A stretch of 64,000 nucleotides of DNA from a virus. Lineage: Duplodnaviria > Caudoviricetes. Under the pieces are notes generated by a model. That model was not told the origin of the DNA and did no database searches. It saw only the letters and a program-made list of their open reading frames with translations. Every line of letters starts with the position of its first letter. The first letter of the stretch is position 1. Made by a program: the position numbers and the translations under genes. Shown in pieces: positions 37,476 through 47,395 of the stretch. The stretch is from the IMG/VR virus record IMGVR_UViG_3300033067_001757, positions 123,244-187,243 of that record; one strand, written 5' to 3'.

Positions 37476-37850
37476 ATGGACAAGCATATTAAATACTTCT
37501 TACGTGGATATCTCAGGGACAAATGTCTGTGGGTACACCATAAAGGTTTCATAAATGAGTATAATAAATATTCAGGAGAACCCATTGAACGAGGTTTCGC
37601 TATCAAGGTTGAAGACTACAATAACAAGCGTGGTATCATTCATATCAGATGTTGTGCTGGTCATATTAATGCAGGTCGCCCGTTCATCGATATCAAATGT
37701 AACCAGTCTACATTCGTTCAGAGTGTACAGAATATGTTCACCAGGTTGTTTGCCCGGACAGATATCAATCTTGATTACGATCAGTTGCTTATTGATCTTG
37801 TAAATGAATGGACTGTGAGTTACCCTAAAAGAGAGTATGCTTTTTCTTAA
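37476..37850 (+). CDS. hypothetical protein
   Basis: 124-aa ORF. Confidence 0.6.
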   Translation: MDKHIKYFLRGYLRDKCLWVHHKGFINEYNKYSGEPIERGFAIKVEDYNNKRGIIHIRCCAGHINAGRPFIDIKCNQSTFVQSVQNMFTRLFARTDINLDYDQLLIDLVNEWTVSYPKREYAFS

Positions 37851-37864
37851 TATTTAAACAATCA

Positions 37865-38527
37865 ATGATGATAACAATAGATAAACGTTACACAATACAA
37901 TATTCAAAGGCAGGTGTAAGACAATTTGCTGACTTTAATTATTCTAAGGATGTCTTTGTATCACATTCATTTCACCCTTCTTGGGTGAAACAGGATGAGA
38001 TTCCTTCTTTTGAAGGAATAGAACATATTGAAGATTTTCTTAGAATAATTAAAGAATGGTCTGATGGTAATCAGGCAGAGATTATTTTAATAAATGATAA
38101 TCCACCAAATTATAAGTCTCAGGATGTTATACGGAAATGTGAAATAGAATTCAGAGATTATTTTAATAGCCTTTGTTTAAAGGTATTTACATCTGAAATA
38201 TTGCCTATTTTAAAAAGAAAGAGATGGAAAATCGGTGAATCATGGATGGGTAGAAATGTATTAATTAGAAAAACTAAGGGTGAATGGGACAATGTAGATA
38301 ACAATGACAAAAATTCTATTCTTATAGACTGTATTTGCAATAGGTTTTTGAACACCGTATTAAATTTAGATATAAAGCTTAATTTTAGAAATGAATATCG
38401 TTATACATCTGGAGACAGTTTTCCCATGTTTATTGGTTGGATTGAAGAAGAAGAGCTTATTAAGCTGAACATATTTTTAAAAAATAAAGACCTCTTGCCG
38501 TCCGGTGCTGACAGCGTCACCGTATAA
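37865..38527 (+). CDS. hypothetical protein
   Basis: 220-aa ORF. Confidence 0.65.
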   Translation: MMITIDKRYTIQYSKAGVRQFADFNYSKDVFVSHSFHPSWVKQDEIPSFEGIEHIEDFLRIIKEWSDGNQAEIILINDNPPNYKSQDVIRKCEIEFRDYFNSLCLKVFTSEILPILKRKRWKIGESWMGRNVLIRKTKGEWDNVDNNDKNSILIDCICNRFLNTVLNLDIKLNFRNEYRYTSGDSFPMFIGWIEEEELIKLNIFLKNKDLLPSGADSVTV

Positions 38528-38653
38528 ATCATACCTCTATCACAATCTCGGGTATCTTTAAAATGTTGTTAAAAAGTTCTTGTTCTATAAAACAGTTTGT
38601 ATATTTATATATTCAATATTAATCTTTTAATTATAAAAAACAAAATCAAAAAA

Positions 38654-39376
38654 ATGAAACAGTTAATTGCCTTACTATTACTTAGCACTGTATTATTCAG
38701 TAGCTGCCAGAAATCTACAATCAATCCATCAGCAACATCGGTATCTGTGGAGAACTTACAGACACTTTCCATCGATGATGGCCTTCTTTATCATTTTAAA
38801 CTTAATGGTGACCTTTCGGATTATTCCGGTAACAACTATAACGCCGGTCTCCAAAAGGGCAATGAGCGGTATGTAACAGGTCATGAAGGGGATACTGCTA
38901 TAAAAGGAATGAAGTTCGTTAAGAATATGGTACTGATGGCACCCAATCATTTTACCTTTCAGAAGACGGATAGCTTCTCTGTAAGTCTTTGGTATAAAGT
39001 TGGTGCAATAGGTAACTCAGGCAGGTTGCTATCTACAGAAGCACCGGAAGGCAACTTCAGAATAGTCATGTCGCTTGACGGGAAGCCTGTGGTTGGCTTT
39101 GCCGGCTTCTCCCTTAGTGATACTACCACCGCTAAAAAGCAATGGGTGAACCTGGTGTATACATATAACAATCATGTCGGAGCACTTTATCATAATGGAA
39201 TACTTGTAGCCTCTGGTATCGGTACAGACAATGAAGCATTGAGTTACGGATCTTTACTCGGCCTCGGTGTAAAGTCTGACATAGCTTACGATCGGTTCAT
39301 TGGAACTATGCAGGATATAAGAATATATAACAGGGCTATTACAGGTGATGAAATTACTTACTTGGCAACGCATTGA
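38654..39376 (+). CDS. lipoprotein with LamG/concanavalin A-like domain
   Basis: Signal MKQLIALLLLSTVLFSS-C (lipobox); FSVSLW, W.NLVYTY, F.G.MQDIRIYNRA. Confidence 0.8.
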   Translation: MKQLIALLLLSTVLFSSCQKSTINPSATSVSVENLQTLSIDDGLLYHFKLNGDLSDYSGNNYNAGLQKGNERYVTGHEGDTAIKGMKFVKNMVLMAPNHFTFQKTDSFSVSLWYKVGAIGNSGRLLSTEAPEGNFRIVMSLDGKPVVGFAGFSLSDTTTAKKQWVNLVYTYNNHVGALYHNGILVASGIGTDNEALSYGSLLGLGVKSDIAYDRFIGTMQDIRIYNRAITGDEITYLATH

Positions 39377-39401
39377 TTTTTGTTTCGGGTTATAAGGGAT
39401 G

Positions 39402-39435
39402 AAGTCTCGGTGACGTATGTTGCCGGGGCTTTTTT
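39402..39435 (+). terminator. intrinsic terminator
   Basis: AAGTCTCGGTGAC-GTAT-GTTGCCGGGGCTT followed by a T tract. Confidence 0.7.
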
Positions 39436-39452
39436 ATATAAAAAATTATGTT

Positions 39453-39632
39453 ATGGATAATTTACCAGACTTATTCGTCACACCTGTAAAAGAAAAGAAA
39501 GTGCGGAATGGTATTACTGCATATCAATACAGAAATGGTACCATAAGTATCGACGGACATAAGTATTTAATGTACTCAATGACTGAAGCGGTTAACTTAT
39601 ATAGAAAACAATTTCCTCACAGACAAAAATAA
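39453..39632 (+). CDS. small hypothetical protein
   Basis: Start taken at MDNLP. Confidence 0.6.
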   Translation: MDNLPDLFVTPVKEKKVRNGITAYQYRNGTISIDGHKYLMYSMTEAVNLYRKQFPHRQK

Positions 39633-39636
39633 AAAA

Positions 39637-39960
39637 ATGACAAAGATTGAAGAAGCAAGTATAATTACTCAGAATAATCTGATGCGGGACATCATACAGA
39701 ATTACAGTTCTATTATGTACTATGTTGAACAAGGTGGTCAGAAGCTGAGAGAAAATCTTTCAACCAAAAAGATCGATCCGAACATTCCTGATAAGATGGT
39801 TCCTGTCATATTCACCAAAGAGGTATTTGATAAGATGCTTGATTTTGCATATACTATTCAGGATAAAAGGAAGTGGGAACAGTTGGGTGGTATATGTAAA
39901 GATGTTATAACGGAGAACGAAATTAAAATTGACATACTCAAACAATTACAAAAGCAATAA
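39637..39960 (+). CDS. hypothetical protein
   Basis: 107-aa ORF. Confidence 0.65.
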   Translation: MTKIEEASIITQNNLMRDIIQNYSSIMYYVEQGGQKLRENLSTKKIDPNIPDKMVPVIFTKEVFDKMLDFAYTIQDKRKWEQLGGICKDVITENEIKIDILKQLQKQ

Positions 39961-39962
39961 CC

Positions 39963-40457
39963 GTGTCAACAAAAGTAAACAATCCGGTAACGATAGATAC
40001 CACCGATGGTAAAAAGCTTTGTGTTAAAGGAAAGCTTGTACTGATCAGGAATGTAGTATCGGCAACTGTACATGTAAAGCCTGATGGTAAAGGATATGTT
40101 CCGATTATCATCTCGCAGACTGAAAACATTAATGAGGATGAAATAGTTTATCATCCTGAATATGGTATTGGTAAATCCTTTTACAGTAAGGATAATTCAT
40201 TAATACTTATATCGTATAAAGAGGTTACACTACATAAATCTTTTAGTAATCAGTCGAAAATATTAGTAATACCTAATCAGTTTTATATATCTACGATAAT
40301 TCGTATTGAAGACGGTACCTTTAAAGACGGTGATAGTATCTGGGTTGAAGTTAGACCGGACAGAGTAGAAGGAACAACGCATTATGCAATGGGTTCATTC
40401 AATTGGGAAGTAGCAATCAACGATGTGAACAAGGTTAGCTTGTATGATGTACAGTGA
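39963..40457 (+). CDS. hypothetical protein
   Basis: 164-aa ORF, GTG start. Confidence 0.6.
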   Translation: MSTKVNNPVTIDTTDGKKLCVKGKLVLIRNVVSATVHVKPDGKGYVPIIISQTENINEDEIVYHPEYGIGKSFYSKDNSLILISYKEVTLHKSFSNQSKILVIPNQFYISTIIRIEDGTFKDGDSIWVEVRPDRVEGTTHYAMGSFNWEVAINDVNKVSLYDVQ

Positions 40458-40493
40458 AGATTTATATTAATAACAAACAAAACAATAAAGGTT

Positions 40494-41018
40494 ATGTCAT
40501 TAGAACGTGATTTTATTGCTTGGTGTAAGAACCAGCATGATGTTGTATGTAATCAGAAGTACAACAAGACACTTCCATATTCTTTTCACCTGGACTGTGT
40601 ACGAGATCAGTATTGGAAATTCAGGCATTTGATTGGTGGTCATGAAGTCAATAGAATATTTGTGGAGCAAGCTGTATACGGACACGATTTATACGAAGAT
40701 GCCAGGATTACATTTAACGAAGTGAAGGATTTGGTTGGGGAAGAAGTCGCTGAGATCATATACCTCTGTACAGAAATGCGTGGTCGTACAAGAGCAGCAA
40801 GAAAGAATGATCAGTTCTATATTGAGTTGAAGGAGAACAAGCTGGCTGTCTTTGTCAAGCTCTGTGATATCATTGCGAACGTTAAGTTCTCTTTGCTTAC
40901 AAACTCTTCAATGTACAACAAGTATAAGGCTGAGTATGTAAAGGTGTATGATCATCTGTTTACAGAAGAGTACAAAGAGATGTTTGACTATCTTGAAGCG
41001 CTGTTAAAAATTAATTGA
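40494..41018 (+). CDS. HD-domain hydrolase, RelA/SpoT hydrolase (small alarmone hydrolase/Mesh1)-like
   Basis: H...Q.Y..PY..HL, HD..ED, VKL.D..AN. Confidence 0.8.
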   Translation: MSLERDFIAWCKNQHDVVCNQKYNKTLPYSFHLDCVRDQYWKFRHLIGGHEVNRIFVEQAVYGHDLYEDARITFNEVKDLVGEEVAEIIYLCTEMRGRTRAARKNDQFYIELKENKLAVFVKLCDIIANVKFSLLTNSSMYNKYKAEYVKVYDHLFTEEYKEMFDYLEALLKIN

Positions 41019-41019
41019 T

Positions 41020-41265
41020 ATGAAACCATCTCCCCGCGACTACACCAATCTTACAGCAATATGCCTGTCGCTTAATTTAATACCGTATTCCCGGTACTTA
41101 GGTTCTCGTGAAGGTATCTATTCATTCAAAGGTTTACATGCTCCTGTTGACCTCTCTGCGTGTGCAGAGGACGAGGTATCAATATTGAAGACTGCGTTGG
41201 AACAATTGTCTGAAAGATGCGACGATTTCACTCACGACGCTATCGAACGTAGCTTATTTGATTAA
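41020..41265 (+). CDS. hypothetical protein
   Basis: 81-aa ORF. Confidence 0.6.
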   Translation: MKPSPRDYTNLTAICLSLNLIPYSRYLGSREGIYSFKGLHAPVDLSACAEDEVSILKTALEQLSERCDDFTHDAIERSLFD

Positions 41266-41286
41266 TCAAACATAAAAATAAAGGTC

Positions 41287-41625
41287 ATGAAAACAACTCC
41301 TGTTCAAGTTGAACTACAGATTCTCCGTGAGGAGATATTAGCCAATGAATATTTTCATCGTCAGTGTCCTATCAGCAGAGCACTGGCCCGTGCTGGTTAT
41401 CCCGATCTACAAGATACCGGATTACATATCGTAGATAGTTACAGTAACATGGTATGTAGTTACAAAGATATAGAATATAAACAGTTAACAGCGACTGTAG
41501 TAGGTATGTACATATGTAAAGATCCTAAAAGATATAAAGCCACTGCGGAAGACATTCCATTCATCCAGGCACCCAGAGACTTTACTGCTACTATAACTTT
41601 AAATCTACCATCATGCGCAAATTAG
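41287..41625 (+). CDS. hypothetical protein (CPI..AL motif)
   Basis: AATAAAGGTC-ATG start. Confidence 0.7.
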   Translation: MKTTPVQVELQILREEILANEYFHRQCPISRALARAGYPDLQDTGLHIVDSYSNMVCSYKDIEYKQLTATVVGMYICKDPKRYKATAEDIPFIQAPRDFTATITLNLPSCAN

Positions 41626-41771
41626 TTGAACTCATCCCAGACTGGCTTTGTCTGATCATTGCCTTGTGCTTCGGCGAATCTGCCGAGTATGGTCTGCTCG
41701 ACATTGAATTTGAATAGCACTATTTTTTGATTTAGTTTTAATAGTTTCGTAACCCGATTTAAAATATAATT

Positions 41772-42044
41772 ATGGACAACAAGAATAACGAACTGAAAGA
41801 ATGGGATGTTGTAGCTAAATGGGAGCTTAATCACGATAAAGGTATCGCTAAGTTCTCCATCCTGTATGGTGCAGGCAATGTTATCTCAGCCAGCTTTAAG
41901 CAAGGCTTATACTTTGGTGAGGATGGTGTACTATTAGCACCAGAAGAGTTAGATCACATTCTATGGTTTATGTCAAAGATGACTGCAGTACCGTCTGACG
42001 GAGAACAATTAAGTAGATATGACGAACAAAAAAGTAATCAGTGA
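41772..42044 (+). CDS. hypothetical protein
   Basis: 90-aa ORF. Confidence 0.55.
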   Translation: MDNKNNELKEWDVVAKWELNHDKGIAKFSILYGAGNVISASFKQGLYFGEDGVLLAPEELDHILWFMSKMTAVPSDGEQLSRYDEQKSNQ

Positions 42045-42501
42045 CAGAATTGACAGTGCTCTGGATTGGATTAACAAACATCATATAAAAATATCTGACA
42101 TAAAGTTTCAGGAGTATGTTGATTATACAAATAAGAATTTATATGAGATTGAAAATTTAGTCAGCCAAATAAACAAAGATGGATATGTTTGGTCATCTGA
42201 TTTACCTATGTTTTTCACAACTACTTTTGATGACATCAGCAATGGTATAGTCCTTGATAAAATATCTGTATATAAACAAAGGGTTGAGATATCTTATAAA
42301 TATACTCATGTGGGGAATCATCCTTACGAAGTAGTTTCCGACAGGTATCATGTAATTTATAAAAATGATGTGAGAGATGTTACCGATGAAATACTTGGAA
42401 ATGAGTTGATGGAATTGTTAGAAAGCGGAGTCATGGTAACCGAGTGTGGAGTGATTGGTTTATCATACGATGCTGTTAAAAACTATATTGAAAAATTATA
42501 A
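42019..42501 (+). CDS. hypothetical protein
   Basis: 160-aa ORF. Confidence 0.6.
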   Translation: MTNKKVISDRIDSALDWINKHHIKISDIKFQEYVDYTNKNLYEIENLVSQINKDGYVWSSDLPMFFTTTFDDISNGIVLDKISVYKQRVEISYKYTHVGNHPYEVVSDRYHVIYKNDVRDVTDEILGNELMELLESGVMVTECGVIGLSYDAVKNYIEKL

Positions 42502-42512
42502 ACATCATAATC

Positions 42513-42785
42513 ATGCCAAATCAAACAAGTGAAAAGAACGCTGAGCTTATAAAGCAACACGCTTCAAAGGAACAGTACTATTATTCTTTCAAACATTACA
42601 ATTCATTTTATCAGATAATGTACCTTGTTCCGGTTATCAATGTTATTGACGTACCACAATGGAGTAAGATAAAAAATATCAGTGCTTCACCACAGGGCTA
42701 TCTTGTAACAGTGATAATCTTTGAAGATGAGTATCTGTATGATATAAACATTTTGTTGAAACATCCGATCATCACAATAAAATAA
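42513..42785 (+). CDS. hypothetical protein
   Basis: 90-aa ORF. Confidence 0.6.
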   Translation: MPNQTSEKNAELIKQHASKEQYYYSFKHYNSFYQIMYLVPVINVIDVPQWSKIKNISASPQGYLVTVIIFEDEYLYDINILLKHPIITIK

Positions 42786-42789
42786 TCAT

Positions 42790-42969
42790 ATGAACGAAAC
42801 AAATTTCACTCGTCAGAAGCTGGATGAGTTTAAACGAATATACAACCAGGCTGTCACTGACAAGAAAGAACAGTTCTTGTTTGAAGGACATGAAGTTCTT
42901 GTATCATATGCGAAGTATATGATTGAATACCTGGATGGACAGTTTGGTATTAAACCTGAAAATAATTGA
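42790..42969 (+). CDS. small phage protein (59 aa, not in ORF track)
   Basis: Y..AV...KEQF.FEG.E.LV.YAKYMIEYL; fills the gap between neighbours. Confidence 0.65.
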   Translation: MNETNFTRQKLDEFKRIYNQAVTDKKEQFLFEGHEVLVSYAKYMIEYLDGQFGIKPENN

Positions 42970-42972
42970 GAG

Positions 42973-43413
42973 ATGAAAAAGAACGAAGTGATTAAAGAAC
43001 TCTGCAGGATATGTACCGGTATAGCAGATCAACGAAATGATCATTCATTACCACACGATTGTTTCTGTGGTGATCTTGACAATGATAATACTTTTCAGTT
43101 CAGCCAGTGGTATCTGAATTTCATTGATGAAGCTGTCGATGAGAAGATTGAACGTGAGAAACATTTTGATAAACCTAAGTTTACTATCAGGTTTATGATG
43201 GTTGAAACTTGTGTCCATGCATCGACATTCAGAGAAGCTTTGATTGTGGGATATGCCTGGGCCATCAAAAATGGACACGATCAATGGATTAAAAGTGTTA
43301 CTGATGAACATGGTAATATTATCACCAATATTCAACCCGACATTACGTATACTATAAATGAAAAACTTGTATCAAATGAACAACTTCAAAAGTCTCCTCA
43401 AAGAACTCGATAA
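42973..43413 (+). CDS. hypothetical protein
   Basis: 146-aa ORF. Confidence 0.6.
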   Translation: MKKNEVIKELCRICTGIADQRNDHSLPHDCFCGDLDNDNTFQFSQWYLNFIDEAVDEKIEREKHFDKPKFTIRFMMVETCVHASTFREALIVGYAWAIKNGHDQWIKSVTDEHGNIITNIQPDITYTINEKLVSNEQLQKSPQRTR

Positions 43414-43693
43414 GATATGTAATCTACCGGTAACCGCTAAAGTACTCAGCCGGGTAAACTATAGAGATCATCTGGAATCACATCACTATTATGAAACCAC
43501 CAAGACTTCTAAACAGGATGCTGTAAAAGATGATGATTACTTTTTCTCATTCATGATACGAGATAGATATTGCGTAATTTACCAGACAATGACGATGCAC
43601 ATTGAACAGGAATGGATAGAAAAGGAAGCTAAGTCTACCGAAACAGCAGTACGCAGAGCGGTGAAAGAATTCTATAAACGATACAATAAATAA
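43358..43693 (+). CDS. hypothetical protein
   Basis: 111-aa ORF. Confidence 0.6.
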   Translation: MKNLYQMNNFKSLLKELDKICNLPVTAKVLSRVNYRDHLESHHYYETTKTSKQDAVKDDDYFFSFMIRDRYCVIYQTMTMHIEQEWIEKEAKSTETAVRRAVKEFYKRYNK

Positions 43694-43698
43694 AGGTC

Positions 43699-44076
43699 AT
43701 GAAAAAATTCCACGGCATTGATGCCAGTAAACAAATCTCATTGTTCGAATACGGTATGCTCGTAAGAGAGCTTCATAAGGGAGAGTATGATATTATCTAT
43801 GGTATTGGTAAAGGTAAGCATGATAATTTCATCACATTCAGCAGAGCTACATACTGGGAAAAGGATGTGGTAGAACTGATTAATGAATCGTGGTTTGATA
43901 AGAAATTGTTCTTTGATTTTCTAGGTCAGTCAGAACAACAATGGCTTAACAGTACTATGGCTATGAAATTATGGGATATTAAGACGTATTACGGGCCTGA
44001 AAATATTTTTGGTACTATCTACTGGACTGAGACGAAAGAGTGGGCTGCAAGGATTACAAAGACTAAATTGAACTAA
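43699..44076 (+). CDS. hypothetical protein
   Basis: Motif start; G.D...SLFEYG, YYG.ENIFG. Confidence 0.7.
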   Translation: MKKFHGIDASKQISLFEYGMLVRELHKGEYDIIYGIGKGKHDNFITFSRATYWEKDVVELINESWFDKKLFFDFLGQSEQQWLNSTMAMKLWDIKTYYGPENIFGTIYWTETKEWAARITKTKLN

Positions 44077-44078
44077 TC

Positions 44079-44390
44079 ATGGAAACATTAGAGATTGAAA
44101 CATTCCCGATGACCATACTGGAATATCTTGAACATAACGATGAACAAGATGATTACGAAGTGATAGACTTCACAGATGACTTCTTACTGGCCCGGGAACA
44201 CTATGGTCATAAGGCTCACTTCATCTACCGTGTAGATGATGAATGTAATATGGTCTTTGACTTCGATCTGATATCACATGTTGCTTCTGTATATCAGCCG
44301 GCGTTTGAACGTATGCTGAAACGTAACAGATGTAAGCCGGTGCTTGTAGATACACCGACTGAGTACTACGAGAAGATTGTAAAATATTAA
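44079..44390 (+). CDS. hypothetical acidic protein
   Basis: 103-aa ORF. Confidence 0.6.
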   Translation: METLEIETFPMTILEYLEHNDEQDDYEVIDFTDDFLLAREHYGHKAHFIYRVDDECNMVFDFDLISHVASVYQPAFERMLKRNRCKPVLVDTPTEYYEKIVKY

Positions 44391-44407
44391 ACCATTAAAT
44401 AAAGGTC

Positions 44408-44848
44408 ATGACTAAATACTTCAAAGGCTTCGTAAGAAGCTACATCGCTACTGCGCTGTGGTCGTCCAGTGATACTAAAACAGATGAAGACGGTGATGAA
44501 TATTATGATGAATTAGATAGCATGGTCGCTAATGATCAGGCTACTATTTCGTATAGTATGGCCAAACAATGCGTTCAGGATTGCGAACGCTTTATTATTC
44601 TGATACGTAAGTACTTCAAGAAAGAAGAAGCCGATTACATTCTTAACAGAGAAGCATCTGATCTCGATTATCTGGCACCACATGAGTTCTGGTTGACGAG
44701 ATGTGAGCATGGAAGTGGTTTTTGGGATGGTGACTGGGACAATACAGATCTTGGAGACTTCGGTGATGATCTTACCTGGATATGTAAGAATGAGTTTAAA
44801 AATGTTGATCTCTATGTTGGAGATGATGGTAGAATTTATTCCATGTAA
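44408..44848 (+). CDS. conserved phage protein (ALWS / H.FWLTR..HG.GFWD family)
   Basis: Motifs visible; motif start. Confidence 0.75.
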   Translation: MTKYFKGFVRSYIATALWSSSDTKTDEDGDEYYDELDSMVANDQATISYSMAKQCVQDCERFIILIRKYFKKEEADYILNREASDLDYLAPHEFWLTRCEHGSGFWDGDWDNTDLGDFGDDLTWICKNEFKNVDLYVGDDGRIYSM

Positions 44849-44859
44849 AAATAAAGGTC

Positions 44860-45186
44860 ATGACAAAAGAAACTATCGAAGACATCTACAATGGTGATCC
44901 GGTAAAAGCCTGTCGTATGGCGCTGAGACAAACAGTCAAACTACCAAGTGAAGATAGGCTTGAAGCAATCAACAAACTGTTACATGGGTATGGTACTGAA
45001 GCGATACGAGGTAACTGGCAGAATGGTTACTGGTGTGATATTGTTGCCTGTTATGTGAATGTCGGAGATACTTATGGTACTACTGTTATTCAGGTACGAG
45101 GTGACTATGGTAATGGTTCTACGTTCAGAGTATGTAGTTATGGTGATTGGGTTGAACGTAACAGTAAGAAGTACGGTATATATTAA
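44860..45186 (+). CDS. conserved phage protein (Y.N.GDTY..T family)
   Basis: Motif start; GYG.E.I, YVNVGDTY, SYGDWVE. Confidence 0.75.
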   Translation: MTKETIEDIYNGDPVKACRMALRQTVKLPSEDRLEAINKLLHGYGTEAIRGNWQNGYWCDIVACYVNVGDTYGTTVIQVRGDYGNGSTFRVCSYGDWVERNSKKYGIY

Positions 45187-45202
45187 TATTAAAATTGAGG
45201 TC

Positions 45203-45379
45203 ATGAAATACAAAGCTTCATCTGCTATAAGCAGATATAAAGGATATGTATGTTACTATCCTATTATCAAATTCTTTAGCCCGGCTGTCAGTGATTGTTA
45301 CTGGCTAAACACTCAGTGTACATCGAGGTACTCAGCGTTGAAGAAGGCCAATGAATACATAAAAAATATTGGTGTATGA
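45203..45379 (+). CDS. small hypothetical protein
   Basis: GAGGTC-ATG start at MKYKAS. Confidence 0.6.
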   Translation: MKYKASSAISRYKGYVCYYPIIKFFSPAVSDCYWLNTQCTSRYSALKKANEYIKNIGV

Positions 45380-46065
45380 AAATGCTCCGCACATATAAAG
45401 ATGAGGTATATTCTGATCTCACTTACTTCACATTATCACCAGAGTATGCAGACATACTGGTACGAGATGAAAGACCATCAGACTTCTTCTCCGCTATTGA
45501 TAAAGTCACTCGACATAGAAAAGCAAGTCATACTTATAAGACAAAGGATTACTTATTCACTATGATTGTTAGTGAGTGTAAATGTGACGATCCAGATGTA
45601 CCATTGTTTAACATAATTGCGTGGGAAGATGTAACACCACAACGTTCGAGAGAACAGTTTAATATGGGAAGTACTTTTTCTATCATAAAGTCTCCCGGAG
45701 TTGAATTTGTGTATGGTGAGACCGAGTTGAATACTGGTATAGAAACTGTATACAACACCATCAAAAAGATATACAAAGAAAGGAACTGGAACAATGAACT
45801 TGTAACCAGCTTTGATGATCTGAAAGAAGGACACAAGTATGCATTGTTTAATAAGCAGTTTGGTGTTACCAATAACGTGTGGATTGTATCCGAAGACTTC
45901 ACCGGATTATCTCGGAAGATTGTTTACTACCAGTACGCGGAGCGAGGTAGGAAACGAATATTAAAGAGTGCTATGATTGCAATGTTTGCAGCGGATAAGG
46001 ATCCCGATGTGATGGCTATGTGGCATACTGATTTCAAAGACTATATCATTCATCAAATAAAATAA
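45376..46065 (+). CDS. hypothetical protein
   Basis: 229-aa ORF. Confidence 0.65.
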   Translation: MKMLRTYKDEVYSDLTYFTLSPEYADILVRDERPSDFFSAIDKVTRHRKASHTYKTKDYLFTMIVSECKCDDPDVPLFNIIAWEDVTPQRSREQFNMGSTFSIIKSPGVEFVYGETELNTGIETVYNTIKKIYKERNWNNELVTSFDDLKEGHKYALFNKQFGVTNNVWIVSEDFTGLSRKIVYYQYAERGRKRILKSAMIAMFAADKDPDVMAMWHTDFKDYIIHQIK

Positions 46066-46070
46066 AGGTT

Positions 46071-46367
46071 ATGTCAAACATGTTAAGAGCTGGTGAAACA
46101 CTGATATCATTATCACCTTCAATGAAAAGAAATGTTAGTAATTATGCTTTACACGGTGGTGGTATTTACAGGATGAATACAGTAGGTGCTTCATATTATT
46201 CATTTACACCTTACAAAGATGATAAAGGTAAATCGGATTTCTGTGGTGGTCATGATTGGTTACATACCGCACTCGATACTCATTTTGCATACGTATACGA
46301 TATGAGTAAGAATAAATTCTATACAGCAGAACAATTTAAAAAACTACACAAGCATGAAACAAACTAA
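46071..46367 (+). CDS. hypothetical protein
   Basis: Motif start. Confidence 0.65.
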   Translation: MSNMLRAGETLISLSPSMKRNVSNYALHGGGIYRMNTVGASYYSFTPYKDDKGKSDFCGGHDWLHTALDTHFAYVYDMSKNKFYTAEQFKKLHKHETN

Positions 46368-47175
46368 GTTCCTCCCATACTCAAAGATCGTTAAGAAAGT
46401 ACTTCCCGATGACTGGAGATCATACTCAGGTAACGTTCATCGCATATCTGATACAGTTCTGACGTATGTTGAGTATAATTTCCTACCAGGTACCGGATGG
46501 TATAACGACGTCAAAATCTCACTCGATGGTCATTATACATTCTTTGTTAATCTAGCCAATTTTGATTGGAGAATATACAAGTCATCTGATTATGGTAGCT
46601 TGACCTGGGTTACTAAAGTAGACTTCACCGGCTTAATGAAACCATCTGACTTTCCTAAAGATGAGAGAAAAATATTGGAACACTTCATTGCTTGTAAGGT
46701 ATTGAGTACATACTTCTATGATAGAAATCATGTGAATAGCAGAGGTGCCAATATTATCCCGGCACCCAATGAAGATGATGACCATAAAAATAATCTACTG
46801 GTAGACAACCGTGGCTACATATGGTGTGATAGTAAGCCTGAAGAACTGAGCTTACCTGAACAGATAGCGCTTCATGAGATGATTGGTTATGAACCAAAAG
46901 AATATGAAGTTGAGGTTAAGTGGAAGGATAGGAAATGTCTTGATCTTGAGTATGTTGATCACCCATACATCAGGGATAAAGAATATCATATACCGGTTAA
47001 AGTTAACGGAGTTGATGCTGAGATTATACACTACATAAACTTTGCAAAACAATACAGAAATGCTTTAATGTATAAAAAGAAACTGTACTGTGAGAACTCC
47101 ACTGGTACAGGCTTTAAAGATTATGTAAAGTGCTTACCAACCGCAATGAAACATTATGCAAACTTTCCAATATAA
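46354..47175 (+). CDS. hypothetical protein
   Basis: 273-aa ORF. Confidence 0.65.
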   Translation: MKQTKFLPYSKIVKKVLPDDWRSYSGNVHRISDTVLTYVEYNFLPGTGWYNDVKISLDGHYTFFVNLANFDWRIYKSSDYGSLTWVTKVDFTGLMKPSDFPKDERKILEHFIACKVLSTYFYDRNHVNSRGANIIPAPNEDDDHKNNLLVDNRGYIWCDSKPEELSLPEQIALHEMIGYEPKEYEVEVKWKDRKCLDLEYVDHPYIRDKEYHIPVKVNGVDAEIIHYINFAKQYRNALMYKKKLYCENSTGTGFKDYVKCLPTAMKHYANFPI

Positions 47176-47179
47176 AATT

Positions 47180-47380
47180 ATGAACCCTCTCATCTCCTAC
47201 TTAAGCCTTCGGCTCTTCGGTATCAAACAGACAAAAGGATCTGACTGCAGGCCAACAGGAATTAACCGTACTATGGTTGATCAGGACTACCTCTTGCGCT
47301 TCCGCAAAAACGACCTGCATGAGATATCAGGACGAACGATTGTAACTGGACTTAATAACAATAAACAAGTAAAAGTTTAA
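47180..47380 (+). CDS. small hypothetical protein
   Basis: Start taken at MNPLIS. Confidence 0.5.
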   Translation: MNPLISYLSLRLFGIKQTKGSDCRPTGINRTMVDQDYLLRFRKNDLHEISGRTIVTGLNNNKQVKV

Positions 47381-47395
47381 AATCAAAATACATAT

